Positions 55,674 through 64,000 of a DNA stretch of 64,000 nucleotides are shown in pieces. Source of the DNA: Sedimentisphaerales bacterium. GTDB lineage: Bacteria; Planctomycetota; Phycisphaerae; Sedimentisphaerales; SM23-30. Position numbers and translations under genes: made by a program. Each line of letters begins with the position of its first letter. Positions within the stretch are counted from its first letter, which is position 1. The notes beneath the pieces are model-generated. The model saw only the letters and a list, made by a program, of their open reading frames with translations. It made no database searches and had not been told where the DNA came from. Where the stretch lies: contig CAXXFK010000025.1 in the NCBI GenBank assembly GCA_963663965.2, forward strand, positions 128,001-192,000. Reading direction: 5' to 3'.

Positions 55674-58034
55674 ATGAACTCTATACGAATGATCTGGATT
55701 GGGTTAATGCTTCTGGTATGTGTAACAGTCGGTTATGGCGCCGATGGTTTCGCCCAGAATGTTACCGGCGGTGAGGGGGGGCTGGTAGTGAGTCCGGTGA
55801 CAGCCATTGAATTTGAAAATTATGTCGAATCGGATGACCCATTGATCATTCAAGTAAGCGGAACAATCGATCTGGGCCTGGGTGACGGGAATGGCAAGGT
55901 TCATATCCGTCCCAACAAGACGATACGCGGGGTGGATCCAAACGCTACGATTATCGGCAACCTGGCATTTGAGAATGATTATCCCATCCAGAATGTCATT
56001 ATCGAACGGTTGAATATTACCAATCCGGATGGCTATGGTGAAGGGGATGGGATTACGATTGCCCGGGTAGGCGAAATCTATGTCCATCATTGCAATATCT
56101 TCGACTGTGATGATGGTTGTGTCGATATCTCCCGCGAGGCGGATAACGTTACTGTGGCATGGTGTAAGTTTTATTACACCGGAAATAACGGCCATAACTT
56201 TGTGAACCTGATAGGAGCCGGCGACAGTCATACCGGCGATCTGGGAAAACTGCATGTCACATTTCATCACAACTGGTGGGGTATGAATTGTGTGGAGCGG
56301 ATGCTTTCAGTGCGTTATGGACGGGCGCATATCTATAATAACTATTACAGTTGTCCGGGTAACAATTATTGCACCCGTTCCCGTTTATATGCCGAATGTC
56401 TGATCGAGAATAACTATTTTAATGGCGTGGATGAGCCGTATGTGCTTTATATCACCGAAGGGGATCCCGAAGGGAAGATCGCTGCTTCCGGAAATGTATT
56501 GATGAATACCACCGGTGAGGTTCATCCGGGCACGGATATCGTTTTTGAACCGCCCTATCCGTATTCACTGGATAAGGGAGAGGATGTTCCTGCGCGGGTA
56601 CAACGGGGTGCGGGAGTGGATGGGATTGACAATCCGGATTTGCCGGCGCCCGGCCTGGGCCGGATCACCCGGCAATGGTGGGATAATATCTCCGGATCGA
56701 CTGTCAGTGAACTGACTGGTCACCAGAATTACCCGGATAATCCAACCGGATCCCAGGTGATTTCTTCGCTTCTGGAACCGCATGATTGGGGCAATGCCTT
56801 TGGATCGCGGCTCATCGGCTATTTGTATCCGCCCCAAACCGGAGATTACACCTTCTGGCTGGCGTCAGCAAACCAGAGTGAATTATGGTTAAGTACCGAT
56901 GGTGATCCGAATAACGCGGCCAGAATTGCGGTTGTGGCTGGATCGACCAATCCTTTTGCCTGGGAGTCAGGCCCCCAGGAATCGCCGGTGATTCTCTTGG
57001 AGGCAGGAAAGAAGTATTATCTCGAAGTGCTGCATAAAGGTGGCGATTCGGGTCTGGATCATTTATCGGTGGCCTGGGCAGGACCGAAACTGCCGCGTCA
57101 ATTGGTTGCCGGGATTTATCTGTCTCCCTGGCCCAATCGATTTGCCGGAGATTATTCACAGGATGGGATGGTTAATTTCATCGATCTGGCCCGGCTGATG
57201 TCGCTTTGGCTACTGGATGATTGCCATTTGACCGCAGCAGTCGATCTGAATGGCGATTGTGTGTCAGACGACTATGAACTGATGAGTCTGTTGGGTAACT
57301 GGCTTGCCGGGGAGCCTGATCTGACTCCGCCGGCCGCTCCAACCCGAGTCTGGGCCCTGGGCGAAGATGGTCAGGTTAAACTGGAGTGGGATGATAACAC
57401 CGAAGAGGATCTGGCGGGCTATGCCGTTTACCGGTCGGAAGATCCCAACCAGGGTTATGTCCGCCTGACTGAGACCTTAATCACCAGCTCATCTTTTACC
57501 GATCTGAATGTTGAAAATGGTACAACGTATTATTATGTGATTGCCGCCATTGATTTCAGCGGCAATCGATCAGCTAATAGTCTGGAAGTGTCTGCTACTC
57601 CTAACGGGGGGGGAATCCGGATCGTGACGTTCCAGGAAGATGCCATTGGATACTGTTATGTGGATGGCTTCATTGAAGATGAGCACGCCGGATTCACCGG
57701 AACGGGCTACGCGAATACGGATAACGCGACAGGTAAGGGGATTGTCTGGAAAGTGAATATCCCTGTTGACGACCTGTATCAATTTACCTGGCGTTTTGCC
57801 AACGGCAGTAGTGCGCGTTCCGCGCGCCTGTTAATCAATGGCATTGAAATCGTTTCCAGTCTGGATTTTCCTGCCACTGGAGCATGGACAACTTGGAGTG
57901 AAGTGTCTGTGGATGTCGTTCCCGAAACCGGGATTCTCGAAATTCGTCTGGAGGCCACTTCTTCAGGGGGACTGGCCAATGTCGATTTTATGCAAATTAC
58001 CGGCGAGAATCCTCAACCTCTTAATTGCCAGTGA
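55674..58034 (+). CDS. Secreted PL1 pectate lyase with PA14, internal dockerin-like, FN3 and CBM35/CBM6-like domains
   Basis: Start moved to ATG 55674 (GGAG upstream). PL1: TGGEGG, NKTI.G, DGCVDI, VTFHHNWW, R...VRYG..HIYNNY. PA14: GYLYPP.TG.YTF...YYLEVLHK. CBM: GFTGTGYAN.DN...F.ATGAW..W. Confidence 0.88.
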   Translation: MNSIRMIWIGLMLLVCVTVGYGADGFAQNVTGGEGGLVVSPVTAIEFENYVESDDPLIIQVSGTIDLGLGDGNGKVHIRPNKTIRGVDPNATIIGNLAFENDYPIQNVIIERLNITNPDGYGEGDGITIARVGEIYVHHCNIFDCDDGCVDISREADNVTVAWCKFYYTGNNGHNFVNLIGAGDSHTGDLGKLHVTFHHNWWGMNCVERMLSVRYGRAHIYNNYYSCPGNNYCTRSRLYAECLIENNYFNGVDEPYVLYITEGDPEGKIAASGNVLMNTTGEVHPGTDIVFEPPYPYSLDKGEDVPARVQRGAGVDGIDNPDLPAPGLGRITRQWWDNISGSTVSELTGHQNYPDNPTGSQVISSLLEPHDWGNAFGSRLIGYLYPPQTGDYTFWLASANQSELWLSTDGDPNNAARIAVVAGSTNPFAWESGPQESPVILLEAGKKYYLEVLHKGGDSGLDHLSVAWAGPKLPRQLVAGIYLSPWPNRFAGDYSQDGMVNFIDLARLMSLWLLDDCHLTAAVDLNGDCVSDDYELMSLLGNWLAGEPDLTPPAAPTRVWALGEDGQVKLEWDDNTEEDLAGYAVYRSEDPNQGYVRLTETLITSSSFTDLNVENGTTYYYVIAAIDFSGNRSANSLEVSATPNGGGIRIVTFQEDAIGYCYVDGFIEDEHAGFTGTGYANTDNATGKGIVWKVNIPVDDLYQFTWRFANGSSARSARLLINGIEIVSSLDFPATGAWTTWSEVSVDVVPETGILEIRLEATSSGGLANVDFMQITGENPQPLNCQ

Positions 58035-58039
58035 TACTC

Positions 58040-58936
58040 TGGTACAGACCTGCCCTATTGCAAGGGATTTTCAACCTGCGATAATCAGGGCATGTATCTC
58101 AAGAAACATCAGCGAAAGAAGAACGGCAAATACCATACTTACTACAGTATCGCCGAGAAGCGTAAGGTCTCTGGCGGACGTTACGTCGAGAAGAGGGTAC
58201 TGTATCTGGGGGAGATCTCGGATTCCCAGAAGAGTTGGGAGAAATCCATTGAGATTATCAATGAGGATAACCAGCCGGTTCGCAAAGCGTTATTCGCTTG
58301 CGATCCGGACAGCCAAACCCATCATGAGGTCGATACCATTCCGGTCAAGCTGTCAAAAATGAAGCTGGAGAATCCCAGGGCCTATGGGGACTGCTGGCTG
58401 GGCTGCGAGATCTGAGACCGGCTGGGGCTGGATCAATTCTGGTCTGCCAGAATCGACACGGCCTCATCACCAGTGGCCTATTCCCAAGTAGTCAAACTGC
58501 TGGCGGTGAACCGTCTGATCCGGCCGGGGGCTGAGTTTTATGTCCATCATCACTGGTTTAGCCAGACGGCGATGGATGTCTTGCTGGACTGTGATTTTGC
58601 GGTGGCGGAAAAGAACCGGCTTTACCGTTGTCTGGACCGGATATTGCCTTATAAAGAAGCGCGGTGTTCTTATTTGAAAGAGACCTGGCAGATGATGTTC
58701 AACCTGGAATACAACATTCTGCTGTACGACAGGACTCTGCTGCTGCAGAGATATACCGAACCGCAAGAGGACCAGAAACGGCTGCTGTACCGCCTGGGCC
58801 TGGAACTGCCGCCGCAGAAACCGCCGAAAATTCATCACGGCCAGATCAAAAAATGATCCCATTTTGGCGACAGACCAACCGCTCTGACAGGGGCAAAAAG
58901 CCACTTTTAACCCCCTATGTGAGAAATTTGGGCTAA
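58040..58936 (+). mobile_element. Defective IS1634-like element (ends approximate)
   Basis: Transposase remnant plus a right-end-like sequence GTGAGAAATTTGGGCTA. No clear left IR or target duplication found. Confidence 0.55.
58092..58856 (+). pseudogene. IS1634-family transposase remnant (nonsense codon plus large internal deletion)
   Basis: N-terminus MYLKKHQRKKNGKYHTYYSI...VLYLGEI. In-frame TGA at 58413 where Trp is expected. KNRLYRCLDR...LLYD is joined directly to the C-terminal RY.EP...Q..LL..L.L.LP.Q.PPKI. Confidence 0.85.
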
Positions 58937-59028
58937 AAGATTTGATTCATGGCCAGGTGGGCATTATCAATTGTAAGAAAAATAACAGCAATCCGAACTT
59001 GTCCACAATACTATCAATTCTTATTCCA

Positions 59029-59925
59029 CTACCTCGAATATCCGGGCAGTTCGCCCCAGTGAAGTTTGGCGTTGAGGATCTGCCACTGGCTGTGGGCGGG
59101 ATTGCGGATGAGGATAAATTCGGTGGGTGACGGTGTAATTTCGATAGTATCTTCGAAGTGCAGGGGGGTGTTAATCTGGCCGTCGATGGCGGCGACTCCG
59201 TCGTGAGGGGCGATCGGGCGGCCGGCACGGGCGCGGTTGTCGCGACACTGAACGGTGATGGGTTTATCCAGATCCACAACGATCGGGCGGAAGTTGAGAG
59301 AATGGGCGGCCAGGGGTGTAATGACGGCGCCTTTGATCGTGGGTGCGAGAATCGGGCCGCCGGCGGAGAGGTTATAGGCGGTGGAACCGGTCGGAGTTGC
59401 GATAATAAGGCCATCCCCGGCGCAGAGGGCCAGATGTTCGCCGCCGATCCAGACCGACACTTCGATCATGCGGAAGGGCGGCCCGGCGATAACGGCCAGT
59501 TCATTCACGATCATGGAGCGGAACGGCTCGCGATGCGGCCCTTGAATCACGGCTTGAAGAATAATGCGGCGGGTATAACAACTGCGGCCGGCTTCAGAGG
59601 TGATCCAATTAAAATGCTGTTTGAGTTCTTCCAGGGTAAACTCCGCCAGGAAGCCGAGTTTGCCGGAATTGACGCCAATAATGGGAATTTGATTCGTACC
59701 CATTGACCGAACCGTTCCCAGAATCGTGCCGTCTCCTCCCATGACCACGGCCAGATCGGCTTGTTGATAATTAGCAACTGAAATTCCGCCCTGAAAATTG
59801 TCCGCGACAATTTGAGCCCGGCCAGTCAACCACCGTTTTAAATCGTTACCCATTTCCATACTGGCCGGCTTTTCGTGATTGGCCAGAAGAACAACTTTAA
59901 CAGGCTGGGGCTTGTTCATGGGCAA
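59029..59925 (-). CDS. nadK: NAD+ kinase
   Basis: Motifs MGGDGTIL, GVNSGKLGFL, VNE, GDGLIIATPTGSTAYNLSAGGP. Confidence 0.95.
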   Translation of the reverse strand: MPMNKPQPVKVVLLANHEKPASMEMGNDLKRWLTGRAQIVADNFQGGISVANYQQADLAVVMGGDGTILGTVRSMGTNQIPIIGVNSGKLGFLAEFTLEELKQHFNWITSEAGRSCYTRRIILQAVIQGPHREPFRSMIVNELAVIAGPPFRMIEVSVWIGGEHLALCAGDGLIIATPTGSTAYNLSAGGPILAPTIKGAVITPLAAHSLNFRPIVVDLDKPITVQCRDNRARAGRPIAPHDGVAAIDGQINTPLHFEDTIEITPSPTEFILIRNPAHSQWQILNAKLHWGELPGYSR

Positions 59926-59945
59926 ACGTTTCCAATAGAGGATTT

Positions 59946-61850
59946 TTACTCAAGCCGGACTGTCTGGGCACGATGTAAATGGGAACGCACACAGGCGGCT
60001 ATCGAATCGGCATCGAGTCCGGCTTCGGCCAACTGGCCTTTGCGGCTGTTCTGAGCGATATAACGGTCTGGAATACCCAGACGGGTAATCTGTTCGGTGG
60101 GCCAGCCTCGATCACGGGCGAATTCGAGCACGGCGGCGCCAAAGCCGCCGATGAGAGCATGGTCCTCAAGCGTGAAGACCGGAACAGGATTATCGACTAA
60201 TAAATCACGCCAGAGGGCCTCGTCGAGCGGTTTGGCGAAGCGGGCATTGACGACACCGATCTGCAAGTCATCGCGTTGTAGTTCGCAGGCCGCTTCGATG
60301 GCCTCATAGGCCAGGGTGCCGTAGGCGACAATCACAGCATCGCGTCCCGGCTGCAGCCAGACAGACCGGCCGGAGACATAAGGGGTTCGGGAATCCTGAT
60401 GGGAGTCGGGCTTGACCACATCCCGCGGGTAACGGATCGCACAGGGTTTATTACCATTCAGAGCATAGCATAAGGCCTCTTTCATATCGAGATCATCAAT
60501 CGGTGCGATCAGTTCCAAACGAGGCAGCACCCGCATAAAGGCGATATCGCTGAAGCCATGATGAACGGCGCCATCGCCCCCCACCAGGCCCGCACGATCC
60601 ATACAGAAAACAACCGGCAGATCCTGGAGTGAAACCTCCTGGAAGACCTGATCGAAACCGCGCTGCATGAAGGTGGAATAGATCGCGACGACCGGTTTCC
60701 AGCCGGTTTTGGCCAGACCGGCGGCGATATTGACCGCACCGCTTTCGGCGATACCAACATCGATCACCCGGTTGGGAAACCGTTCTTTGACCCGGGCCAG
60801 GCCGGTGCCGTCGGGCATGGCGGCAGTAATCGCGATGATCTTTTCATCCTGCGCCATCAAGTGACTGAGATGGTCGGCAAAGGATTCGGTAAAGCTATGT
60901 CCGGGATGCTCTTCAAAGCTGGCCGACTCGCCATTGAGTTTAAACGGCGACGGGCTATGGAAGGTAGTCGGATCTTCGATGGCCGGTTCGAAACCGCGGC
61001 CTTTATCGGTATGGACATGCAACAGTACCGGATGTTCAATTTCGTGCAGGGCGCTGAAGATTTTGATCATGTTTTCCAGATCGTGACCATCGATGGGACC
61101 ATAAAAGGGCATACCCAGTTGTTCAAACTGATGTCGACCCAGCAACAGGGTCTCGAAGCTGTCACGCAGACGGGCAATGGTATCATGAATCGCTTCGCCA
61201 AACATGGGCAACCGTTTGACCATGAGTTTGGTGCGACGGTGGAGGTCTTCATAGGAACGGGACACCCGCAATTTGGTCAGATACTGGGCGAAAGCTCCCT
61301 GGGTCTTATCGATGGCCATGAAATTATCGTTCAGGATAATGAGCATCTGACGTTTGATCAGGTTGATATTGTTGAGTCCTTCGAACGACAAACCGTTGAC
61401 AATACTGGCGTCGCCGACGATAGACACCACCTTACGATCGCTCTGCTGCATCTGTTCGCCCAGCGCCAGCCCCACTGCGGTGGCGACCCCGGTACCGGCA
61501 TGACCGACATAGAACTGATCATATTCGCTTTCGGCAGGACTGGGAAACCCACTGATCCCGCCGGCCTGACGCAGTTTATTGAACCGGTCCGCGCGTCCAG
61601 TCAGTATTTTGTGCACATAGCATTGATGACCCACGTCAAAGACCAGCCGGTCGTGGCTGAAATTAAAGACATAATGCAACGCTATGGAGAGCTCGACTAC
61701 ACCCAGATTACTGGCCAGGTGGCCACCGCTCTGGCTAACCGATAATTTTATCAGTTGGCGGATTTCATCGGCAAGTTGGTAGAGTTGATCCATACTCAAC
61801 GTTCTGAGTTTGGCGGGAGTATCAATCGTTTTTAAGAGCGAATCTGTCAT
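59946..61850 (-). CDS. dxs: 1-deoxy-D-xylulose-5-phosphate synthase
   Basis: Motifs GGHLASNLG, FDVGHQ.Y.HK, GDAS...G..FE.LNN...LNDN, TAAM.DGTGL, DVGIAE, IYSTF.QR.FDQ, DRAG.VG.DG..H. Confidence 0.97.
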   Translation of the reverse strand: MTDSLLKTIDTPAKLRTLSMDQLYQLADEIRQLIKLSVSQSGGHLASNLGVVELSIALHYVFNFSHDRLVFDVGHQCYVHKILTGRADRFNKLRQAGGISGFPSPAESEYDQFYVGHAGTGVATAVGLALGEQMQQSDRKVVSIVGDASIVNGLSFEGLNNINLIKRQMLIILNDNFMAIDKTQGAFAQYLTKLRVSRSYEDLHRRTKLMVKRLPMFGEAIHDTIARLRDSFETLLLGRHQFEQLGMPFYGPIDGHDLENMIKIFSALHEIEHPVLLHVHTDKGRGFEPAIEDPTTFHSPSPFKLNGESASFEEHPGHSFTESFADHLSHLMAQDEKIIAITAAMPDGTGLARVKERFPNRVIDVGIAESGAVNIAAGLAKTGWKPVVAIYSTFMQRGFDQVFQEVSLQDLPVVFCMDRAGLVGGDGAVHHGFSDIAFMRVLPRLELIAPIDDLDMKEALCYALNGNKPCAIRYPRDVVKPDSHQDSRTPYVSGRSVWLQPGRDAVIVAYGTLAYEAIEAACELQRDDLQIGVVNARFAKPLDEALWRDLLVDNPVPVFTLEDHALIGGFGAAVLEFARDRGWPTEQITRLGIPDRYIAQNSRKGQLAEAGLDADSIAACVRSHLHRAQTVRLE

Positions 61851-61998
61851 AGGTATTATTCAATCCAAACGGTCGAAAGAACCGTTTGACTCAATTATCT
61901 CCAAATTAAATTATTTTTGTTTATTTTAACAAGCGGTCAGGATGCATTCCACTCATACGATCAGCAACAGACAAACCGGCACCCAGCCAGTATGCCTT

Positions 61999-62901
61999 TT
62001 ATTTATCGCGATTGACCAGCATTTCGGCCAGGAACTTCAGCGGCAGCCCAGCCGGCCCCAATGGTGCGAGCAGACTGCCAGCTTCGCTCATCAGTTCATC
62101 CGCCCGGATACGAGACGCTTCCACTCCAATCATGGATGGATAGGTCAGTTTGCCGGCCTGGGCGTCTTTCTGGGTTTGTTTGCCTAATTGTTCGGCGGTT
62201 GAAGTCACATCCAGTAAATCATCGACAATCTGGAAAGCCAGGCCCAATTTGAGACCAAAATGCCCCAGACGATCAATCCAGTCATTTTTGCAACCGGCAC
62301 ATATTGCCCCCATGCGCATGGCCGCGGCAAACATCATGGCGGTTTTTCGAGTATGGATATAATCCACCATATCGATATCGCCTTCGAGTTGTTCGCCTTT
62401 AAGGTCGGCGACCTGGCCGGCAATCATACCGGCGTTGCCGGCGCCTCGGGCCAGTTCACTGATCAGCCGGCGGGAGATTTCAGCATTTTCGACGCAATCC
62501 GCCAACAGGTGAAAAGCCCGGGTCAATAACGCATCGCCGGCGAGGATCGCGATCCCTTCGCCAAAAACTTTATGATTGGTGGGTTTGCCCCGACGGAAAT
62601 CGTCGTTATCCATGGCCGGCAGGTCATCGTGGATGAGTGAATAAGTATGCACCATTTCCAGCGCTACCGCCGCTTGAATGGCATCATCAACCTGCCCGCC
62701 ACAGGCCTGACAAGCCATCAGAGCCATCACCGGACGCAAACGCTTACCGCCGGCACGCAGACTATAGCGCATGGCATCGATCAGCAATTCGGGAACCTGG
62801 CCATCCTGATCAAGGTACTTTTCCAGGTTTTGATCGACACTGGCCGCTAACTGGGCGTAATCCTGTTGGAATCTGATTTTATCATCAAGCATTTCGGGCA
62901 T
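61999..62901 (-). CDS. ispA: Farnesyl/geranylgeranyl diphosphate synthase
   Basis: Motifs GGKRLRP, SLIHDDLPAMDNDDFRRG, AGDALL, GQ..D, KT, FQIVDDLLD, KLTYP. Confidence 0.93.
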   Translation of the reverse strand: MPEMLDDKIRFQQDYAQLAASVDQNLEKYLDQDGQVPELLIDAMRYSLRAGGKRLRPVMALMACQACGGQVDDAIQAAVALEMVHTYSLIHDDLPAMDNDDFRRGKPTNHKVFGEGIAILAGDALLTRAFHLLADCVENAEISRRLISELARGAGNAGMIAGQVADLKGEQLEGDIDMVDYIHTRKTAMMFAAAMRMGAICAGCKNDWIDRLGHFGLKLGLAFQIVDDLLDVTSTAEQLGKQTQKDAQAGKLTYPSMIGVEASRIRADELMSEAGSLLAPLGPAGLPLKFLAEMLVNRDK

Positions 62902-63092
62902 AATCCATCATATTATCAGGAAATTCAGCAGATAGCCAATTGAAATTCGAAAAGATGCCTGCCCATCTATTGCTTTAATTGTTTCTTATTACTTGTTATA
63001 TAATTAGTTATAATAAATTGTCTTTAATTATTAACATCTTCAAGGTAGAATGATCAAGCATTAATTATCTCAGCAAACTTTCATGAACCGGA

Positions 63093-63121
63093 TTGACAAC
63101 TTTGTTATAATTTCGTAAGAT
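63093..63121 (+). promoter_or_regulatory. Sigma70-type promoter candidate for tRNA-Leu
   Basis: TTGACA-N17-TAAGAT, about 90 nt upstream of the tRNA. Confidence 0.55.
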
Positions 63122-63209
63122 ATTGCGTTCTTAGCTAACGAAGGTAATATTGAAAAATGGCCAATACGAGCCAGTATTCATAAAGCATTATAATTAAATA
63201 AGTTAAAAG

Positions 63210-63292
63210 GGCCGAGTGGCGGAATGGCAGACGCTGGGGACTTAAAATCCCCTGCCCGCAAGGGCGTATGGGTTCGAGTCCCATCTCGGCTA
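63210..63292 (+). tRNA. tRNA-Leu(TAA)
   Basis: Acceptor GGCCGAG/CTCGGCT; D-arm GCGGAATGGCAGACGC; anticodon arm GGGGA-CTTAAAA-TCCCC; long variable arm GCCC-GCAA-GGGC; T-arm ATGGG-TTCGAGT-CCCAT; discriminator A; CCA not encoded. Confidence 0.97.
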
Positions 63293-63297
63293 TCTAG

Positions 63298-63337
63298 ATA
63301 AAGCCCTGGATCGTCATGGTTCAGGGCTTTATTATTT
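63298..63337. terminator. Bidirectional terminator between tRNA-Leu and the DUF1080 gene
   Basis: ATAAAGCCCTGGATC-GTCAT-GGTTCAGGGCTTTAT with A/T-rich flanks. Confidence 0.75.
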
Positions 63338-63399
63338 CCGCCCGGTAATCAGGTATACTATTCAAGAAATGTCGGTTTTTCTCCCTATCAAAAGCCCAA

Positions 63400-63999
63400 T
63401 CAGGGCGTCAGAGACCGATTCAACCTGGCAATGACCCTGATTGTCTGGCGGAATTCAGTAAAACATAAGAATGGCCTCGAGGGAGTCTTTAATTTTTTGA
63501 TTTCAGCTTCGGTCAGTTTGCGGACGTTGAAATTGCGGATGGCGCCGCTGGTCTGCCAGGTAGCGACTCCCAGAGGACGGCAGGGTTCCATTTCATAGCG
63601 GATGGTGATTTTGCGATTGAGGGTGATGGCATCGACTTTTTGATCATTGTCAATCCAGGCCTCGATTTTATTTTCTGAGACCCGTACGCGAATATTGTAC
63701 CAGCGGTTTTCTTCAAAGGTCATGGCCGTGGTTGTTTCGTTGTTGGCGGCATCGTAATGGTCCAGGTTGGACAGGCCGCAGAGGCTACCGCCCCATCCGC
63801 CACAGATAAATGAGCAGTGGCTCTGGGCTACCGGGAAAGTCAGGCCACAAAAGAAATCGGAACCGGCAAGCCGGCGCGCCTGGAGGGTTATTTCATAGTC
63901 CATGGTCATGACCGGACCGGGCCAGGTAATTCCGGTCATATCATGGCCTGCTTCCATGACAATGGACTCGTCAGAGAGATGAACGTTACCGCTATTCTC
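63400..63999 (-). CDS. DUF1080 / 3-keto-disaccharide hydrolase-like protein, 5'-partial
   Basis: Frame is open to the window end. Motifs YEI.L.A.R..GSDFFCGLTFPV, GGWGG...GLS..D..DA..NET, WY.IRVRV...I.AWID. Confidence 0.8.
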   Translation of the reverse strand, partial: ENSGNVHLSDESIVMEAGHDMTGITWPGPVMTMDYEITLQARRLAGSDFFCGLTFPVAQSHCSFICGGWGGSLCGLSNLDHYDAANNETTTAMTFEENRWYNIRVRVSENKIEAWIDNDQKVDAITLNRKITIRYEMEPCRPLGVATWQTSGAIRNFNVRKLTEAEIKKLKTPSRPFLCFTEFRQTIRVIARLNRSLTP

Positions 64000-64000
64000 G

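Noticed and set aside
59029..62901. ispA-dxs-nadK cluster as a novelty
   Set aside because: This is a common housekeeping gene order.
63210..63400. tRNA-Leu as an integration site for an island
   Set aside because: No duplicated tRNA 3' end and no adjacent integrase; the recombinase at 37665 looks like housekeeping XerC.
1..64000. CRISPR array, prophage, rRNA or known anti-phage defence genes
   Set aside because: No regularly spaced repeats and no cas, phage or rRNA signatures seen. The NTase is DUF294/GlnD-like rather than CD-NTase-like and has no effector gene beside it.

Overview
Chromosomal window that looks like a Planctomycetota (Phycisphaerae / Sedimentisphaerales-like) bacterium. 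This is inferred from the planctomycete-type ECF sigma plus FecR anti-sigma pair, the sulfatase, the LTD-CotH protein and many secreted proteins with EF-hand/dockerin-like tails. Positions 1-27 kb are a glycan-processing/surface region: LamG protein, FAD oxidoreductase, esterase-glycosidase fusion, GH106-like enzyme, ECF/anti-sigma and three large secreted modular proteins. Positions 27-34 kb are a minus-strand operon of methyltransferase, GT2, wecB and a GT-C transferase, ending in an unusual membrane sensor (His-rich domain - Cache - PAS - DUF294 nucleotidyltransferase). Next come a lipoprotein/TolB-like/xerC cluster, a GntR-controlled sugar/polyol operon, more secreted proteins, panC, a complete but frameshifted IS4 inserted in the stop codon of an ahbAB-like gene, murG, a modular pectate lyase, an IS1634 remnant, nadK-dxs-ispA, tRNA-Leu(TAA) and a partial DUF1080 gene. 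The most interesting signals are the sensor nucleotidyltransferase, the two classes of dockerin-like tags on seven secreted proteins, strong enrichment of a [DE]-P-N tripeptide in those proteins, stand-alone anti-16S sequences about 95 nt upstream of two of these genes, and a recurrent 25-bp dyad motif in intergenic DNA. All family calls come from motif recognition by eye; no database search was run.
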